From Pseudomonadales bacterium (GTDB lineage Bacteria; Pseudomonadota; Gammaproteobacteria; Pseudomonadales; IMCC2047): 64,000 bases of DNA. The stretch spans positions 243,528 to 307,527 of the forward strand of contig JACKNY010000002.1 of assembly GCA_024234615.1 (NCBI GenBank), read 5' to 3'. Under the pieces are notes generated by a model. That model ran no database searches, was not told the DNA's origin, and saw nothing but the letters and a program-made list of their open reading frames with translations. Within the stretch, counting starts at the first letter, position 1. Every line of letters begins with the position of its first letter. Of the stretch, positions 50,128 to 61,314 are shown piece by piece. A program made the translations under genes and the position numbers.

Positions 50128-53100
50128 ATGAGCCAAATGAAACGCTTTACCGTTGCTGCAAAATTCAATAGCGTAGTGGTTATTTTTAGTTTAATCATCA
50201 CGACTGGTGTGGTTGCGTATTTAACTTTTCGAGAATATTCCTACGCCCAAGAGCGCCTCCTTTTTGAGGCAGTTTCTTCTACCGCTCTCCCCGGTCACGT
50301 CCAAGAATTGGCCATCTATTACGCCGAGCCAGAGCTGCTAGAGCATGTCATGAGTTCCTTGCTAAAAAACCCATCGTTAGACTATGCCGCAATCTACGAT
50401 TACAAAAACAAATTGATTACGCAGAAAAACAAGAGAACGCTCGATGCCATCCCCAGCATTAGCCAAGCCAGACAACAAACTGACGCTTTGGAACAATCAA
50501 CTTATACTTATGAGGGTAATATCAGTGGCGACAAATATTATGATTTGGTGATCCCGATTTTTTCACCAATCAACCCCAGTTTTAAAATGCTTGAAAAAGA
50601 GGATTTTGTAAAAAACCTGGCGGATTTCGGCCCCGGTCGCAGCCAATACGTTATGGGCTATGTTCGCTTGGGTCTGAATCAAGCGACCATCATCAAACAA
50701 ACTATTGATTACTTTATGGTTCTCTCCATCGTAGCATTATGCCTAGTGCTGTTAAGCACCTTGGTATCGATGGTCATTACTCGCCGTATTACTGCGCCAT
50801 TAAAAGAGTTGGTAAAAATTTCTAAACGCATTTCTGAAGGCGATTTTGACGTCAGAATGCCAAGCAACAACTCTTATGAAATAAAAGAAGTCGCCTCTAG
50901 CATGAATTACATGATCAAGAGCGTGGAGGCTTATCAAACCAAGTTGAAAACCAGCCATGAACTACTCGCCCTAAAAGTAAAAGAGCGTACCGCGCAACTT
51001 TCAGATAGTAACAAACAATTGCAAAAGGCTATTTCCGAGGCTGTCTCAGCAAAAGATATCGCTGAGCACGCAAGCCGCGCCAAGAGTGAATTTCTAGCCA
51101 CTATGAGCCATGAAATCAGAACTCCGCTGAATGGAGTTCTCGGCATGACGGATATGCTGACAAAAACAGCACTTTCCCGCGAGCAACAAAAATTCACCAG
51201 CGTCATTCAAGAATCCGGGCGGGCTCTGCTGGATGTAATCAATGACATCCTGGATTTTTCAAAAATTGAAGCTGGCAAACTCGAACTAAACGCTACTCGC
51301 TTTAATTTGCGCAGACTCGTCGAAGATATCATTAATATGTTCGCTAGCCTCGCCCACAATAAAGGACTGTCGCTTAATTACAGTATTCCCCAAAATTTGA
51401 ACCTAACGGTAGAAGCCGATAGCGTCAGGCTACGTCAGATTCTTTCCAATCTAATTAGCAATGCCATCAAATTCACACACAAAGGTGAAATTCATTTATC
51501 ACTCAAGTTAGTCAGCACTCAGTCTGGTAGAAGCCGTATCCGCTTTGAAGTGAATGACACCGGCATCGGTATTAATAAGAGCAAACTAGATCAAATTTTC
51601 CTGGCATTCACTCAAGAAGATGGTTCAACTACCAGAAAATTTGGTGGCACCGGGTTGGGGTTGGCTATCTCTAAACAACTCATCGCACTGATGGGCGGAG
51701 AAATCAAGGTGACAAGCCAACCGGGCAAGGGCACTCAGTTCTGGTTCGAAGTGGAAATGCAAACAGAAATTGACCAAAGTCACCCACCCAAGTCGCAAGC
51801 CGATTTACTTCAGCATCTTAAAATCCTCGTGCTTGAGCCAGCAGATCAACGAGTGAGACAAGTCGTTGAAGAGTGGAAAATAAAATGCGATTCCGTCGAC
51901 GCGGTCGACCGCCTGACAGAACGCCTGAGAGAAAATTCATCGGAGCAAGACCAATATAATACATTGATCTTTCAAGCTGGTCTCATAGGTGACCATCAGG
52001 CTGACCTGCTGACATTGATAAAATCCGAACAAATGGCGCACAGGTTCCAAATACTTTGGATTAACTCGCCTCTGCAACCAATCAACACAGAACCATTTGA
52101 AGCCGTGGCGGAAAGGCTGGTTACGCTCAGCCAACCATTACACCAATCCGATCTCTATGACTCCCTTGTGAGCTTAGCAATGGTCAAAGATGAGTTTACC
52201 AAAGCACCCGCGGTAGCCAGTGTAGACCAAACCAGCACCATACGACCCAACGCCAAGTTCTCCGCCAAAGTGCTGTTGGCGGAAGACACCGTGGTCAACC
52301 AAGAAGTCGCGATAACCATGCTGGAATGGCTTGGCTGTGAGGCTACACTTGCCAAAAATGGTCAGGAAGCAGCCGATCTTTTCGTGTCCGGCAATTTCGA
52401 TTTAGTTTTTATGGACTGTCAAATGCCCGTGATGGACGGCTACGCGGCAACCTCAGCGATTCGAAACAAAGAAGGCTTTAGTAATGTCACTAGAAATGCT
52501 GAACACACGACCCACACACCTATCATTGCACTGACAGCTAACGCCGTTGAAGGTGAACGGGAAAAATGTTTAGCAGCAGGCATGGATGATTTTTTGACTA
52601 AGCCATTCCGACATCAAGACATTGAGGCTATGCTCAAAAAATGGTTACCTGTTAAAGCCATCAACAAGCAGGAAACCATTGCATCAGTAAGAGATATTCC
52701 AGAGCCTGCGCCCACCCAGAAGGACAATTCACGCCTGGTTACGGAGTCTCCGAGCAATGACTCAGCAAACAAGAAGGTCACCAGCATTAACCGTAAATCA
52801 CTGGATAATCTCAGGGCTATTCAGACACCGGGCGGTGCTGATATTGTCAGCAAAGTGATTAACGCTTATCTGTCCGAGTCTTCCAATCTGTTGAAAAAAT
52901 TACAGCAAGCGAAAAATGATAATGACCCCGCCAATCTATACAAGCTCGCACATGCCCTTAAATCCAGCAGCGCCAATGTCGGTGCTTTGACACTTGCCGA
53001 TTTCTGTAAATCATTGGAAGCGATTGGTCGCGGGGGCTCCATGGAAGGGACGGCAGAATTAGTCGAGTCGATTAAAAACGAGTACCACAACGCAACCTCC

Positions 53101-53151
53101 CAATTAAAACATGAGCTAGATAATGACTATGGAAAGCAAGCCTCTGCCTAA
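50128..53151 (+). CDS. Hybrid sensor histidine kinase (HAMP-HisKA-HATPase-REC-HPt)
   Basis: FLATMSHEIRTPLNG, NAIKFT, GGTGLGL, MDCQMP, LAHALKSSS. Confidence 0.95.
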   Translation: MSQMKRFTVAAKFNSVVVIFSLIITTGVVAYLTFREYSYAQERLLFEAVSSTALPGHVQELAIYYAEPELLEHVMSSLLKNPSLDYAAIYDYKNKLITQKNKRTLDAIPSISQARQQTDALEQSTYTYEGNISGDKYYDLVIPIFSPINPSFKMLEKEDFVKNLADFGPGRSQYVMGYVRLGLNQATIIKQTIDYFMVLSIVALCLVLLSTLVSMVITRRITAPLKELVKISKRISEGDFDVRMPSNNSYEIKEVASSMNYMIKSVEAYQTKLKTSHELLALKVKERTAQLSDSNKQLQKAISEAVSAKDIAEHASRAKSEFLATMSHEIRTPLNGVLGMTDMLTKTALSREQQKFTSVIQESGRALLDVINDILDFSKIEAGKLELNATRFNLRRLVEDIINMFASLAHNKGLSLNYSIPQNLNLTVEADSVRLRQILSNLISNAIKFTHKGEIHLSLKLVSTQSGRSRIRFEVNDTGIGINKSKLDQIFLAFTQEDGSTTRKFGGTGLGLAISKQLIALMGGEIKVTSQPGKGTQFWFEVEMQTEIDQSHPPKSQADLLQHLKILVLEPADQRVRQVVEEWKIKCDSVDAVDRLTERLRENSSEQDQYNTLIFQAGLIGDHQADLLTLIKSEQMAHRFQILWINSPLQPINTEPFEAVAERLVTLSQPLHQSDLYDSLVSLAMVKDEFTKAPAVASVDQTSTIRPNAKFSAKVLLAEDTVVNQEVAITMLEWLGCEATLAKNGQEAADLFVSGNFDLVFMDCQMPVMDGYAATSAIRNKEGFSNVTRNAEHTTHTPIIALTANAVEGEREKCLAAGMDDFLTKPFRHQDIEAMLKKWLPVKAINKQETIASVRDIPEPAPTQKDNSRLVTESPSNDSANKKVTSINRKSLDNLRAIQTPGGADIVSKVINAYLSESSNLLKKLQQAKNDNDPANLYKLAHALKSSSANVGALTLADFCKSLEAIGRGGSMEGTAELVESIKNEYHNATSQLKHELDNDYGKQASA

Positions 53152-55282
53152 CAACAAAGCCTTGGTTGTCGATGATGACATTACTATTCGCATCGCCATG
53201 CGCTCCGTGTTGGAGGGCCTTAACTTTAGTGTCACTGAGGCTGGGGATGGCGAAGAAGCGTTAATTCGCTTTGAAGAAGAAACACCGGATATCATCGTCT
53301 TAGATATCGAAATGCCCATACTAGATGGGCTTTCGACCTGCACAGAAATTCGTAAAAAGGCTGCCGGAAAGCATATACCTATCATTATGTCCACAGGCAT
53401 GGATGACGAAGCATCCATTAACAACGCCTATGAGGCTGGCGCTACAGACTTTATCGTCAAACCCATTACCTGGCCGGTGTTTGGTCATCGCGTTCGCTAT
53501 ATTTTACGTGCGGCACAAGCTATCGCTGACTTTAGACAGGCCGAACAGTTGGCATTACGCCTCGGTAAAGTTATCGAAAGCTCCTCCAATGAGATTTATA
53601 TTGCTGATGCAGAAACACTCCTACTCAAACAATTAAACGCCAGCGCACGTGACAACACAGGATATTCCGCTACCGAATTTTTGGACATCAGATTAACAGA
53701 CATTATGATGGCTTACGGACAGAGCTTTATCTCTGAGCTGCTTAACCGGCTTGAAGGCAGTAGTCGCCCCGAAGCCTTTCTCAAAAGTGATATTCAACGC
53801 AAAGACGGTTCTTTTTACCCCTCTGAAATCCGATTACAACGTTCACCCGGCGAAGGCGGTGACTTGGTAGTTGCTATCGTTCAGGACATTACCGAGCGCA
53901 AGCAAAATGAAGACAGGATGCGTCAACTTGCCTATTTTGACAGCTTGACGGGGCTGCCCAACCGAGCGCTTTTCACAGAGCAACTGGAGCAGATGCTTGA
54001 GACCGCCAACCGTCACCAGCATAAACTCGCTATTCTTTTTATCGACCTGGATAACTTTAAACGGATTAACGACTCCTTGGGGCACACTGTTGGTGACTCT
54101 CTCCTAAAAGAAATCAGCCAGCGGCTACTAACCTGTATTCGGCAGAGTGATCTAATATCACGGTATGTGGACGCAGACACCGAAATTAGCGTCTCTCGGC
54201 TCGGTGGCGATGAGTTCACCATCGTACTCAATAAAATTGAAGATACCGACGTAGCGGCTATTGTGGCCAAACGCCTACTCAACACCCTCAGCCGACCAAT
54301 GATGCTGGACGGACACGAAATAGTGGTCACGCCCAGCATTGGCATTGCACTGGCGCCCTTAGATATCGATAGTGTTGAAAACCTGCTCAAACATGCTGAT
54401 ACCGCTATGTACCACGCTAAAAATAATGGCAAAAATAATTACCAATATTACTCCAGCACCATGAACGCCATGGGACTGGAACGCTTGACCTTAGAAAGCG
54501 AGTTACGCAAAGCACTAAAGAGCGACGAGCTAGTGGTGTACTACCAACCACAGATTGACATTCATAATGGCAAGATTACCGGTGCAGAAGCGCTGGTGCG
54601 ATGGAAACACCCTAAACACGGGCTGGTCGCACCGGATTATTTTATACCTCTCGCTGAGGAAATGGGTGTGGTTGTCGAACTCGGCGACAGAATTTTGCAT
54701 GAAGCTTGTCAACAGGTTAAACAATGGCATGACAAAGGCTTAACGCTCGATAAAATCGCAGTCAATTTATCCAGTCTACAATTCAGTCAACCGAACCTTA
54801 TCGGGGCCATCCAGAGAACCTTATCCGATACGGGACTGCCCGCCAAGCACTTAGAACTTGAGTTGACAGAAAGTATTATCATGAAAAACCTGGAAGCTAC
54901 TATCAAGGTATTAGAAGAACTCAAAGACATGGGAATATCCATATCCGTTGACGATTTCGGCACCGGCTATTCTTCACTCAATTATCTAAAACGCTTCCCA
55001 CTCGATGAGCTTAAAATCGATAAGAGTTTTATTGTCGATATCGACACCGATGCGCACAATGCCGGCATCGTCACCGCCATCATCGCCATGGCAAAAAGCC
55101 TCGGCCTAACTTTAGTTGCCGAAGGCGTAGAAACAGATAACCAACTCAAGTATATTCGTGACGCTGGCGTGATTACCGTACAAGGGTTTTTGTTTAGTAA
55201 GCCGTTGCCTGCGGAAGAGTTTGAACAATTGCTGGGACGGTATAATTTTTTGGCTTGTTTAGGCAGGAGTGAAGTGGCTTAG
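53123..55282 (+). CDS. REC-PAS-GGDEF-EAL c-di-GMP signalling protein
   Basis: LDIEMP receiver, PAS (RKDGSFYP), RLGGDEF, EALVRW, DDFGTGYSSL. Confidence 0.95.
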   Translation: MTMESKPLPNNKALVVDDDITIRIAMRSVLEGLNFSVTEAGDGEEALIRFEEETPDIIVLDIEMPILDGLSTCTEIRKKAAGKHIPIIMSTGMDDEASINNAYEAGATDFIVKPITWPVFGHRVRYILRAAQAIADFRQAEQLALRLGKVIESSSNEIYIADAETLLLKQLNASARDNTGYSATEFLDIRLTDIMMAYGQSFISELLNRLEGSSRPEAFLKSDIQRKDGSFYPSEIRLQRSPGEGGDLVVAIVQDITERKQNEDRMRQLAYFDSLTGLPNRALFTEQLEQMLETANRHQHKLAILFIDLDNFKRINDSLGHTVGDSLLKEISQRLLTCIRQSDLISRYVDADTEISVSRLGGDEFTIVLNKIEDTDVAAIVAKRLLNTLSRPMMLDGHEIVVTPSIGIALAPLDIDSVENLLKHADTAMYHAKNNGKNNYQYYSSTMNAMGLERLTLESELRKALKSDELVVYYQPQIDIHNGKITGAEALVRWKHPKHGLVAPDYFIPLAEEMGVVVELGDRILHEACQQVKQWHDKGLTLDKIAVNLSSLQFSQPNLIGAIQRTLSDTGLPAKHLELELTESIIMKNLEATIKVLEELKDMGISISVDDFGTGYSSLNYLKRFPLDELKIDKSFIVDIDTDAHNAGIVTAIIAMAKSLGLTLVAEGVETDNQLKYIRDAGVITVQGFLFSKPLPAEEFEQLLGRYNFLACLGRSEVA

Positions 55283-55508
55283 TCAAGGTTTGCGACTAAT
55301 AGAATTTAAACACATATTCTGAATACAAAAATAAGCACCCTTAATATCACCTTCCAAATTAATTATTCCAATTAGTCGCACGAGATGGCCACAGTAAAAT
55401 ATCAAAATCATATCGTCTGATAAAATTTTTCTGTCTGTAGATACATAAAACTAAATTGGATAACCTTAAATCTACTTCTTCAGATTAATAGGTTCTAATT
55501 TTTTTAAA

Positions 55509-56204
55509 ATGAAAATAAATAGCATGAATCGATGGCAAGCATTCTCAATACACTTGTGCATTAGTAGTGTAATTTTTGTAACCTTATTATTCATTATTGT
55601 AGCTTTTTGGTATCCAGGAGTTTTTATTTATCTGGGCGGTTGGCTTGGGATCAAAATTGTGGCAGCTGTTGATATGGTACTTGGGCCACTATTAACGCTA
55701 ATAATCTTCAATCCAGCAAAAAAGAAATTAAAAATTGATCTAACAATAATTGCTGCTATACAAATAAGCTGTTTAGCCTATGGAGTATGGACAATAGAGC
55801 AACAGCGACCTTTAGTACAGGCTTTGCTGGATGACAGGTTATATGTCATTCCCAAAGCTCAGTACAGGGCAGTAAATATAAAGTTAGACTTCCTGGATAG
55901 AATTCCGGGCCCTAGTCCTAAAATAGTTATGCTAAATTTGCCGGATAACCATAGTATAATTGCGATGGAGGTCGTTAATGGCTTTTATGTGGAAAACCCA
56001 GTACATCTACAAACTCAAAAATACATCCCGATTACTAACGCAGTTGATAACCACACCTATCAGGATAAACTAATGTGGCGCTTAAACCGCTTAGACTTTG
56101 ATAGGGAGAGAAACTGCTATTGGTTGCCTGCTGAATCATCTTACTATAAAGGTGAACTATGTTTTAACCTTGAATTAGGGGCCATAGCCCAGCGCTCCTT
56201 TTGA
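55509..56204 (+). CDS. Type IV pilin accessory protein (TfpX/TfpZ/FimB-like)
   Basis: R..AF.IHL..S, WYP, VD.VLGPLLTLI.F..KK.L..DL..I..IQ...L.YG; adjacent to pilA; low GC. Confidence 0.75.
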   Translation: MKINSMNRWQAFSIHLCISSVIFVTLLFIIVAFWYPGVFIYLGGWLGIKIVAAVDMVLGPLLTLIIFNPAKKKLKIDLTIIAAIQISCLAYGVWTIEQQRPLVQALLDDRLYVIPKAQYRAVNIKLDFLDRIPGPSPKIVMLNLPDNHSIIAMEVVNGFYVENPVHLQTQKYIPITNAVDNHTYQDKLMWRLNRLDFDRERNCYWLPAESSYYKGELCFNLELGAIAQRSF

Positions 56205-56396
56205 TGGAATAATCTGCTTAATTAAAGACCATCCTCTTGTCTCATAGAGCCAAGATTCGATTAGAATCAATCGGCTCGCAGCTTCGCCTCTTCACAACCT
56301 GTCACATCATGTTGTTGCGTTTCACTTCGTTCGCTGTGATCAACTTATGGAAGGACTTGCCTGCTAGCGCGCACCCATGCTGGACACACCACAAAA

Positions 56397-56422
56397 AAAG
56401 CCCCATTAAAAAATGGGGCTTT
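56397..56422 (-). terminator. Intrinsic terminator of pilA
   Basis: AAAGCCCCATT-AAAA-AATGGGGCTTT stem with a T run on the minus strand. Confidence 0.8.
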
Positions 56423-56474
56423 GAATCAGATGCTAAGAGAAGAGAAGCACTGTAGCCGCATCTCTCATCCTAGA

Positions 56475-56975
56475 TTACTTGCATTCCGAAGGAGCAAAAC
56501 GTGCAGGTAATGTTCCAGCGGCAAATCCAGCAAACCCAGCTGCTGCTGCACCTGTCGCAGCGCAACGCCAAGCAAGTGAATCATTGGGCGGAGTAAACGC
56601 GGCTGTTCCTACTGGCAAAATAGTGCCCACAGGAGAGTTAGGAGTATAAACCAATGTACCACCACCAGCTGCAGCTGTCATAGTTACCGTAATGACACCC
56701 GTAGCTGGCGTAATAGCAACGCCTGTGACGTTAGACGTTGCTGTTGGGCTGGTATAGCCCGTGTTGTACCCCGTAGCAGCACCTCGGGGGTTACCAGAAG
56801 CAAGTACATCTGCCACATTAAGTTTAGCCGCTGATGCCGCTACCATACCTTCCGTTACCCGGCCGCGGGTAGTGTAATCCTGATAAGCAGGCAAAGCCAC
56901 CGCCGCCAAAATACCAATGATCGCGATCACGATCATTAACTCAATTAATGTAAAACCCTGTTGTACCTTTTTCAT
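56475..56975 (-). CDS. pilA: Type IVa major pilin
   Basis: MKKVQQG|[27 protein letters not shown]; C-terminal disulfide loop C...C; ATG 56975. Confidence 0.95.
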   Translation of the reverse strand: MKKVQQGFTLIELMIVIAIIGILAAVALPAYQDYTTRGRVTEGMVAASAAKLNVADVLASGNPRGAATGYNTGYTSPTATSNVTGVAITPATGVITVTMTAAAGGGTLVYTPNSPVGTILPVGTAAFTPPNDSLAWRCAATGAAAAGFAGFAAGTLPARFAPSECK

Positions 56976-57040
56976 AATCATACTCTCCGTTTTAGAACAC
57001 TCAAAATTGCTTGAATAAACTGCTGTCGAAAATAAGTATG

Positions 57041-57056
57041 GCAAGGGTTGTGCCAA
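57041..57056 (-). promoter_or_regulatory. Sigma-54 (-24/-12) promoter of pilA
   Basis: Minus strand TTGGCAC-AACCC-TTGC, matches TGGCAC-N5-TTGC. Confidence 0.88.
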
Positions 57057-57184
57057 AATCAAAAAAATAATCAATTATTTGTTAAGTCATTGTATTTAAA
57101 AATTTTATAAGCGCATTTAAGGTTAGAAAAGAAATCACTTCGATGCCCCAGACTTGATAAGCCATGATCTAAAATGGCGTTGAC

Positions 57185-57199
57185 TGACAAATTGTGTCA
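57185..57199. promoter_or_regulatory. Putative PilR upstream activator site
   Basis: TGACA-N5-TGTCA palindrome about 130 bp upstream of the sigma-54 site; assignment inferred from Pseudomonas TGTC-containing PilR sites. Confidence 0.5.
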
Positions 57200-57470
57200 C
57201 TTTGCTCTATCGCAATTCTGACTTGAACAATAAAATCAGGCGAACCCTATTTGCGGTTTTAAGGGTATCCGATAAGATAACCTGCTATCGATTAAGGCAC
57301 ACAACCTGTCGAAAGTCTGCTTGGTGCAGCGAGGACACTTCTGGATCAATGCAAAATAAGGCTGCATAATTTTGCGGTTATCTATTTTTATTATTATTTC
57401 CAGGTTTTGCACCTATAATATATGAATTCAGTGCTATTCTGATTTGCTAACTATTTGAAAGACAGAGATT

Positions 57471-59186
57471 ATGGCTCCACAAGATATAGCGGCAGTGCAA
57501 TTAAGCGGTTTGGCGAAGCGCTTGGTGAGCGACCAAATCCTCAATGAAAAACAAGCTGTCGAAGCGTACCAATATTCGAAAAAGAACAAAATCCCCTTCG
57601 TTACTCACCTGGTGCAAAGTGGTTTAGCCAATAGCAAATCCATCGCTATCGTTGCCGCCGATGAATTTGGTACGCCTCTGCTGGACTTATCTGTTTTTGA
57701 TACAGAATTTTTCCCGAAGGAACTGGTTGATGCGAAATTAATTCGCAACCTGCATGCCCTGCCATTATTTAAGCGCGGCAACCGTTTGCACGTCGCTGTA
57801 TCAGACCCCACTAACCTACAAGCCCTGGATGAGTTTAAGTTCAACACTGGCATATCGACCGATGCCATTTTGGTTGAGGAGTCCAAGCTTACGTCTGCCA
57901 TTGAAAAATATCTGGATGATGCGGACGCCACGCTCGGCGACCTCGAAGACACCGACTTAGAGAATCTGGATATTTCGGATGGTTCTGAGGAAGATGAGGA
58001 TGATGGCGCCAGAGGGGCAGATGAAGCACCTATTGTTAAGTTTATTAACAAAATTTTATTAGATGCCATCAAAACCGGGGCTTCGGATATTCACTTTGAG
58101 CCCTACGAAAAACGCTACCGTATTCGTTGTCGCACCGACGGTATTTTGCATGAGGTTGCCAATCCTCCATCGAATCTTGCACCAAGGCTGGCTGCCAGAT
58201 TGAAAGTAATGTCGCGTATGGATATTTCTGAGCGACGAATCCCCCAAGATGGCCGTATCAAGATGAAGCTTTCCAAGCAACGAGCCATTGATTTTCGTGT
58301 AAACACCCTGCCTACGCTGTGGGGAGAAAAGGTAGTGTTGCGGATTCTTGACCCGAGCAGCGCTAAAATGGGAATCGATGCGCTGGGTTATGATGAGGAT
58401 CAAAAAGAGCTTTACATGAAGGCGCTATCTCAACCGCAAGGTATGATTCTAGTTACCGGACCTACCGGTAGCGGTAAAACGGTTTCCCTATATACCGGCT
58501 TAAATATCCTTAACACCCCTGAGCGCAACATCTCAACCGCCGAAGACCCAGTAGAAATAAACTTAGAAGGTATCAACCAGGTTCACGTCAACCACAAGGT
58601 CGGACTTGGTTTTCCGGAAGCGCTACGCTCATTTTTACGTCAAGACCCTGATATTGTCATGGTGGGCGAAATTCGAGATCTTGAAACTGCTGAAATTGCA
58701 ATAAAAGCGGCGCAAACTGGACATTTGGTACTTTCTACACTACATACTAATAGTGCACCGGAGACGCTAACACGTTTGCGCAATATGGGCGTACCTGCAT
58801 TTAATATAGCAACCTCCGTAAGTTTGATTATCGCGCAACGTTTGGCACGTAGACTTTGTGAAAGTTGTAAAAAACCAGCTGACATACCGCATGAAACCTT
58901 AATTGAAGAGGGTTTTACGGATGAAATGCTGCAAGGAAAAGAAATATTCTCACCCGGCGACGGCTGTAGCCAATGTTTAAATGGCTATAAAGGCCGGGTC
59001 GGCATCTACGAGGTTGTGAAAGTAACGCCGGAAATTGGCCGCATTATTATGGAAGAAGGCAATTCTCTGGACATTGCTTTAAAAGCTAAAGAAGAAGGCT
59101 TTAGAAATTTACGTGTATCGGGCTTAATGAAAGCCGCTCAGGGTATAACCAGCTTGGAAGAAGTCAATCGAGTGACGAAGGATTAG
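57471..59186 (+). CDS. pilB: Type IV pilus assembly ATPase
   Basis: ASDIHFEP, RIPQDGR, GPTGSGKT, LRQDPD, GHLVLSTLH, tetracysteine motif. Confidence 0.98.
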   Translation: MAPQDIAAVQLSGLAKRLVSDQILNEKQAVEAYQYSKKNKIPFVTHLVQSGLANSKSIAIVAADEFGTPLLDLSVFDTEFFPKELVDAKLIRNLHALPLFKRGNRLHVAVSDPTNLQALDEFKFNTGISTDAILVEESKLTSAIEKYLDDADATLGDLEDTDLENLDISDGSEEDEDDGARGADEAPIVKFINKILLDAIKTGASDIHFEPYEKRYRIRCRTDGILHEVANPPSNLAPRLAARLKVMSRMDISERRIPQDGRIKMKLSKQRAIDFRVNTLPTLWGEKVVLRILDPSSAKMGIDALGYDEDQKELYMKALSQPQGMILVTGPTGSGKTVSLYTGLNILNTPERNISTAEDPVEINLEGINQVHVNHKVGLGFPEALRSFLRQDPDIVMVGEIRDLETAEIAIKAAQTGHLVLSTLHTNSAPETLTRLRNMGVPAFNIATSVSLIIAQRLARRLCESCKKPADIPHETLIEEGFTDEMLQGKEIFSPGDGCSQCLNGYKGRVGIYEVVKVTPEIGRIIMEEGNSLDIALKAKEEGFRNLRVSGLMKAAQGITSLEEVNRVTKD

Positions 59187-59188
59187 CA

Positions 59189-60412
59189 ATGGCGACGAAT
59201 ACAGCGAAAAATTATACTTTTTCATGGCAAGGCACCGATAAAAAAGGGCAGAGAACCGATGGTGAAATTAATGGTGCCAATCTTGCCTTAGTTAAAGCGC
59301 AGTTGCGTAAACAGGGTATTAACCCTACCAAAGTGAGAAAAAAGCAAACTTCCATCTTTAGTGGGCCGAAAAAGAAAAAAATTACCGCTGGCGACATTAC
59401 CCTTTTTACCCGCCAGATGGCGACCATGATGAGGGCTGGCGTCCCGTTGGTTCAGTCTTTCGATATTGTTGCGGATGGGCTGGATAATATTTCCCTGAAA
59501 GCACTTATCATGGAAATCAAAGGCGATGTATCCTCCGGCACTAACTTCGCTACCGCATTACGCAAACATCCCCGCCATTTTGATGATTTGTTTTGCAACC
59601 TTGTAGAATCAGGTGAGCATTCCGGTGCGTTGGAGACTATGCTGGACCGCTTAGCAACCTATAAAGAAAAAAGCGAAACGCTCAAGAAAAAGATCAAAAA
59701 AGCGATGACCTATCCCATTGCGGTGGTGGTTGTCGCCATTATTGTTACCGGAATACTGCTGGTAAAGGTTGTGCCCACCTTCGAAGAGCTGTTCCAGGGT
59801 TTTGGTGCTGAGTTACCCGCGTTCACTCAGTTTGTTATCGGAATTTCCAACGTCCTACAAGAATGGTGGTTCATTTTTGTGCTGGGGCTCATTATTTTTA
59901 TCATTGCATTTAGGGAAGCGAAACTGAGATCAAAGAAAGTGGCAAATGCAGTGGATCGATTCGTTTTGAAAATTCCTGTCACCGGAGAAATTCTGGAAAA
60001 ATCAATTTATGCGCGTTTCGCGAGAACGCTCTCCACCACTTTTGCAGCTGGTGTGCCACTGGTTGAAGCCCTGACGTCAACAGCAGGCGCAGCCGGAAAC
60101 GTAGTCTATGGCACCGCCATTAAACGTATTCGAGAAGACGTTGCTACAGGCCAGCAATTAAATTTTTCAATGCGCAATACCCGTGTTTTTCCCAATATGC
60201 TGATCCAAATGACGGCTATCGGCGAAGAATCGGGAGCATTGGATGAGATGCTAGATAAAGCCGCTGAATTCTATGAAGAAGAAGTCGATAACGCCGTCGA
60301 TAACCTAACGGCCTTGATGGAGCCGATGATTATGGCGGTATTGGGGGTGGTCATTGGAGGCCTCATTGTGGCTATGTATCTCCCCATCTTCAAAATGGGC
60401 TCTGTGGTTTAA
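59189..60412 (+). CDS. pilC: Type IV pilus platform protein
   Basis: FTRQ.ATM..AGVPL, GE.SG.L..ML, KAM.YP, EPMIM, MYLPIF. Confidence 0.96.
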   Translation: MATNTAKNYTFSWQGTDKKGQRTDGEINGANLALVKAQLRKQGINPTKVRKKQTSIFSGPKKKKITAGDITLFTRQMATMMRAGVPLVQSFDIVADGLDNISLKALIMEIKGDVSSGTNFATALRKHPRHFDDLFCNLVESGEHSGALETMLDRLATYKEKSETLKKKIKKAMTYPIAVVVVAIIVTGILLVKVVPTFEELFQGFGAELPAFTQFVIGISNVLQEWWFIFVLGLIIFIIAFREAKLRSKKVANAVDRFVLKIPVTGEILEKSIYARFARTLSTTFAAGVPLVEALTSTAGAAGNVVYGTAIKRIREDVATGQQLNFSMRNTRVFPNMLIQMTAIGEESGALDEMLDKAAEFYEEEVDNAVDNLTALMEPMIMAVLGVVIGGLIVAMYLPIFKMGSVV

Positions 60413-60429
60413 ACGTAACCATCCAAACA

Positions 60430-61314
60430 ATGCATGTAGTTAATTTCTTAGCCACCAACCTGTTTGCATTGGTTGCGGTAACCGGGCTCCTTGGTCTCTT
60501 AGTTGGCAGTTTTTTAAATGTTGTTATCTATCGCGTGCCGCTTATGCTGCAACGCGAATGGGAATCGCAATGTCAGGAGTTCATCAGCGAAAATAACTCC
60601 GCGGCAGTCGCGACCAACCCAGCGCCTTTTAACCTGCTGCATCCCAACTCACATTGCCCCCACTGCGAAGCACCAATTCGTGCCTGGCAGAATATACCTA
60701 TCATTAGTTACCTTTTTTTGGGCGGTCGATGCGCGCAGTGTAAAACTTCGATTTCCATACGCTACCCTATTATCGAAGCTATTACTGGAATTCTTTCCTG
60801 CGTAGCAGTTTGGTACTTTGGCGCCACCTGGCAAGCCGCTGCCATGTTGCTTCTCAGCTGGGCATTGATTGCTTTAACCATGATTGATTTCGATCACCAG
60901 TTGCTCCCAGACAACATAACACTTCCGTTACTTTGGTTGGGTCTGGTCGCAAATAGCTTTGGGCTATTTTGTACCCTACCCGATGCACTCTGGGGTGCGA
61001 TATTCGGATATTTAAGCTTGTGGTCGATTTATTGGGGCTTTAAGTTACTTACCGGCAAGGAAGGCATGGGTTACGGTGACTTTAAGCTATTGGCAATGTT
61101 GGGTGCCTGGTTCGGTTGGCAGCTGTTGCCGATGATTATTCTGTTGTCCTCCTTGGTTGGAGCAGTCGTCGGTATTTTCATCATGATATTAAAACATAAA
61201 GGTAAAAGCGTCCCGATTCCTTTTGGCCCATACCTCGCCGCTGCGGGTTGGATAGCCGCTCTTTGGGGCGAGCAATTAACTCAAGCCTATTTGAAGTTTG
61301 CTGGGCTGAATTAG
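60430..61314 (+). CDS. pilD: Prepilin peptidase/N-methyltransferase
   Basis: GSFLNVVIYRVP, two CxxC motifs, IDFDHQLLPD, GMGYGDFKL, IPFGPYL. Confidence 0.98.
   Translation: MHVVNFLATNLFALVAVTGLLGLLVGSFLNVVIYRVPLMLQREWESQCQEFISENNSAAVATNPAPFNLLHPNSHCPHCEAPIRAWQNIPIISYLFLGGRCAQCKTSISIRYPIIEAITGILSCVAVWYFGATWQAAAMLLLSWALIALTMIDFDHQLLPDNITLPLLWLGLVANSFGLFCTLPDALWGAIFGYLSLWSIYWGFKLLTGKEGMGYGDFKLLAMLGAWFGWQLLPMIILLSSLVGAVVGIFIMILKHKGKSVPIPFGPYLAAAGWIAALWGEQLTQAYLKFAGLN

Noticed and set aside
56976-57074. N-terminal extension of pilA in the ORF track (similarly purL, cas2-3, hicA, marR)
   Set aside because: The extension overlaps the sigma-54 promoter and precedes the RBS; downstream starts fit family N-termini.
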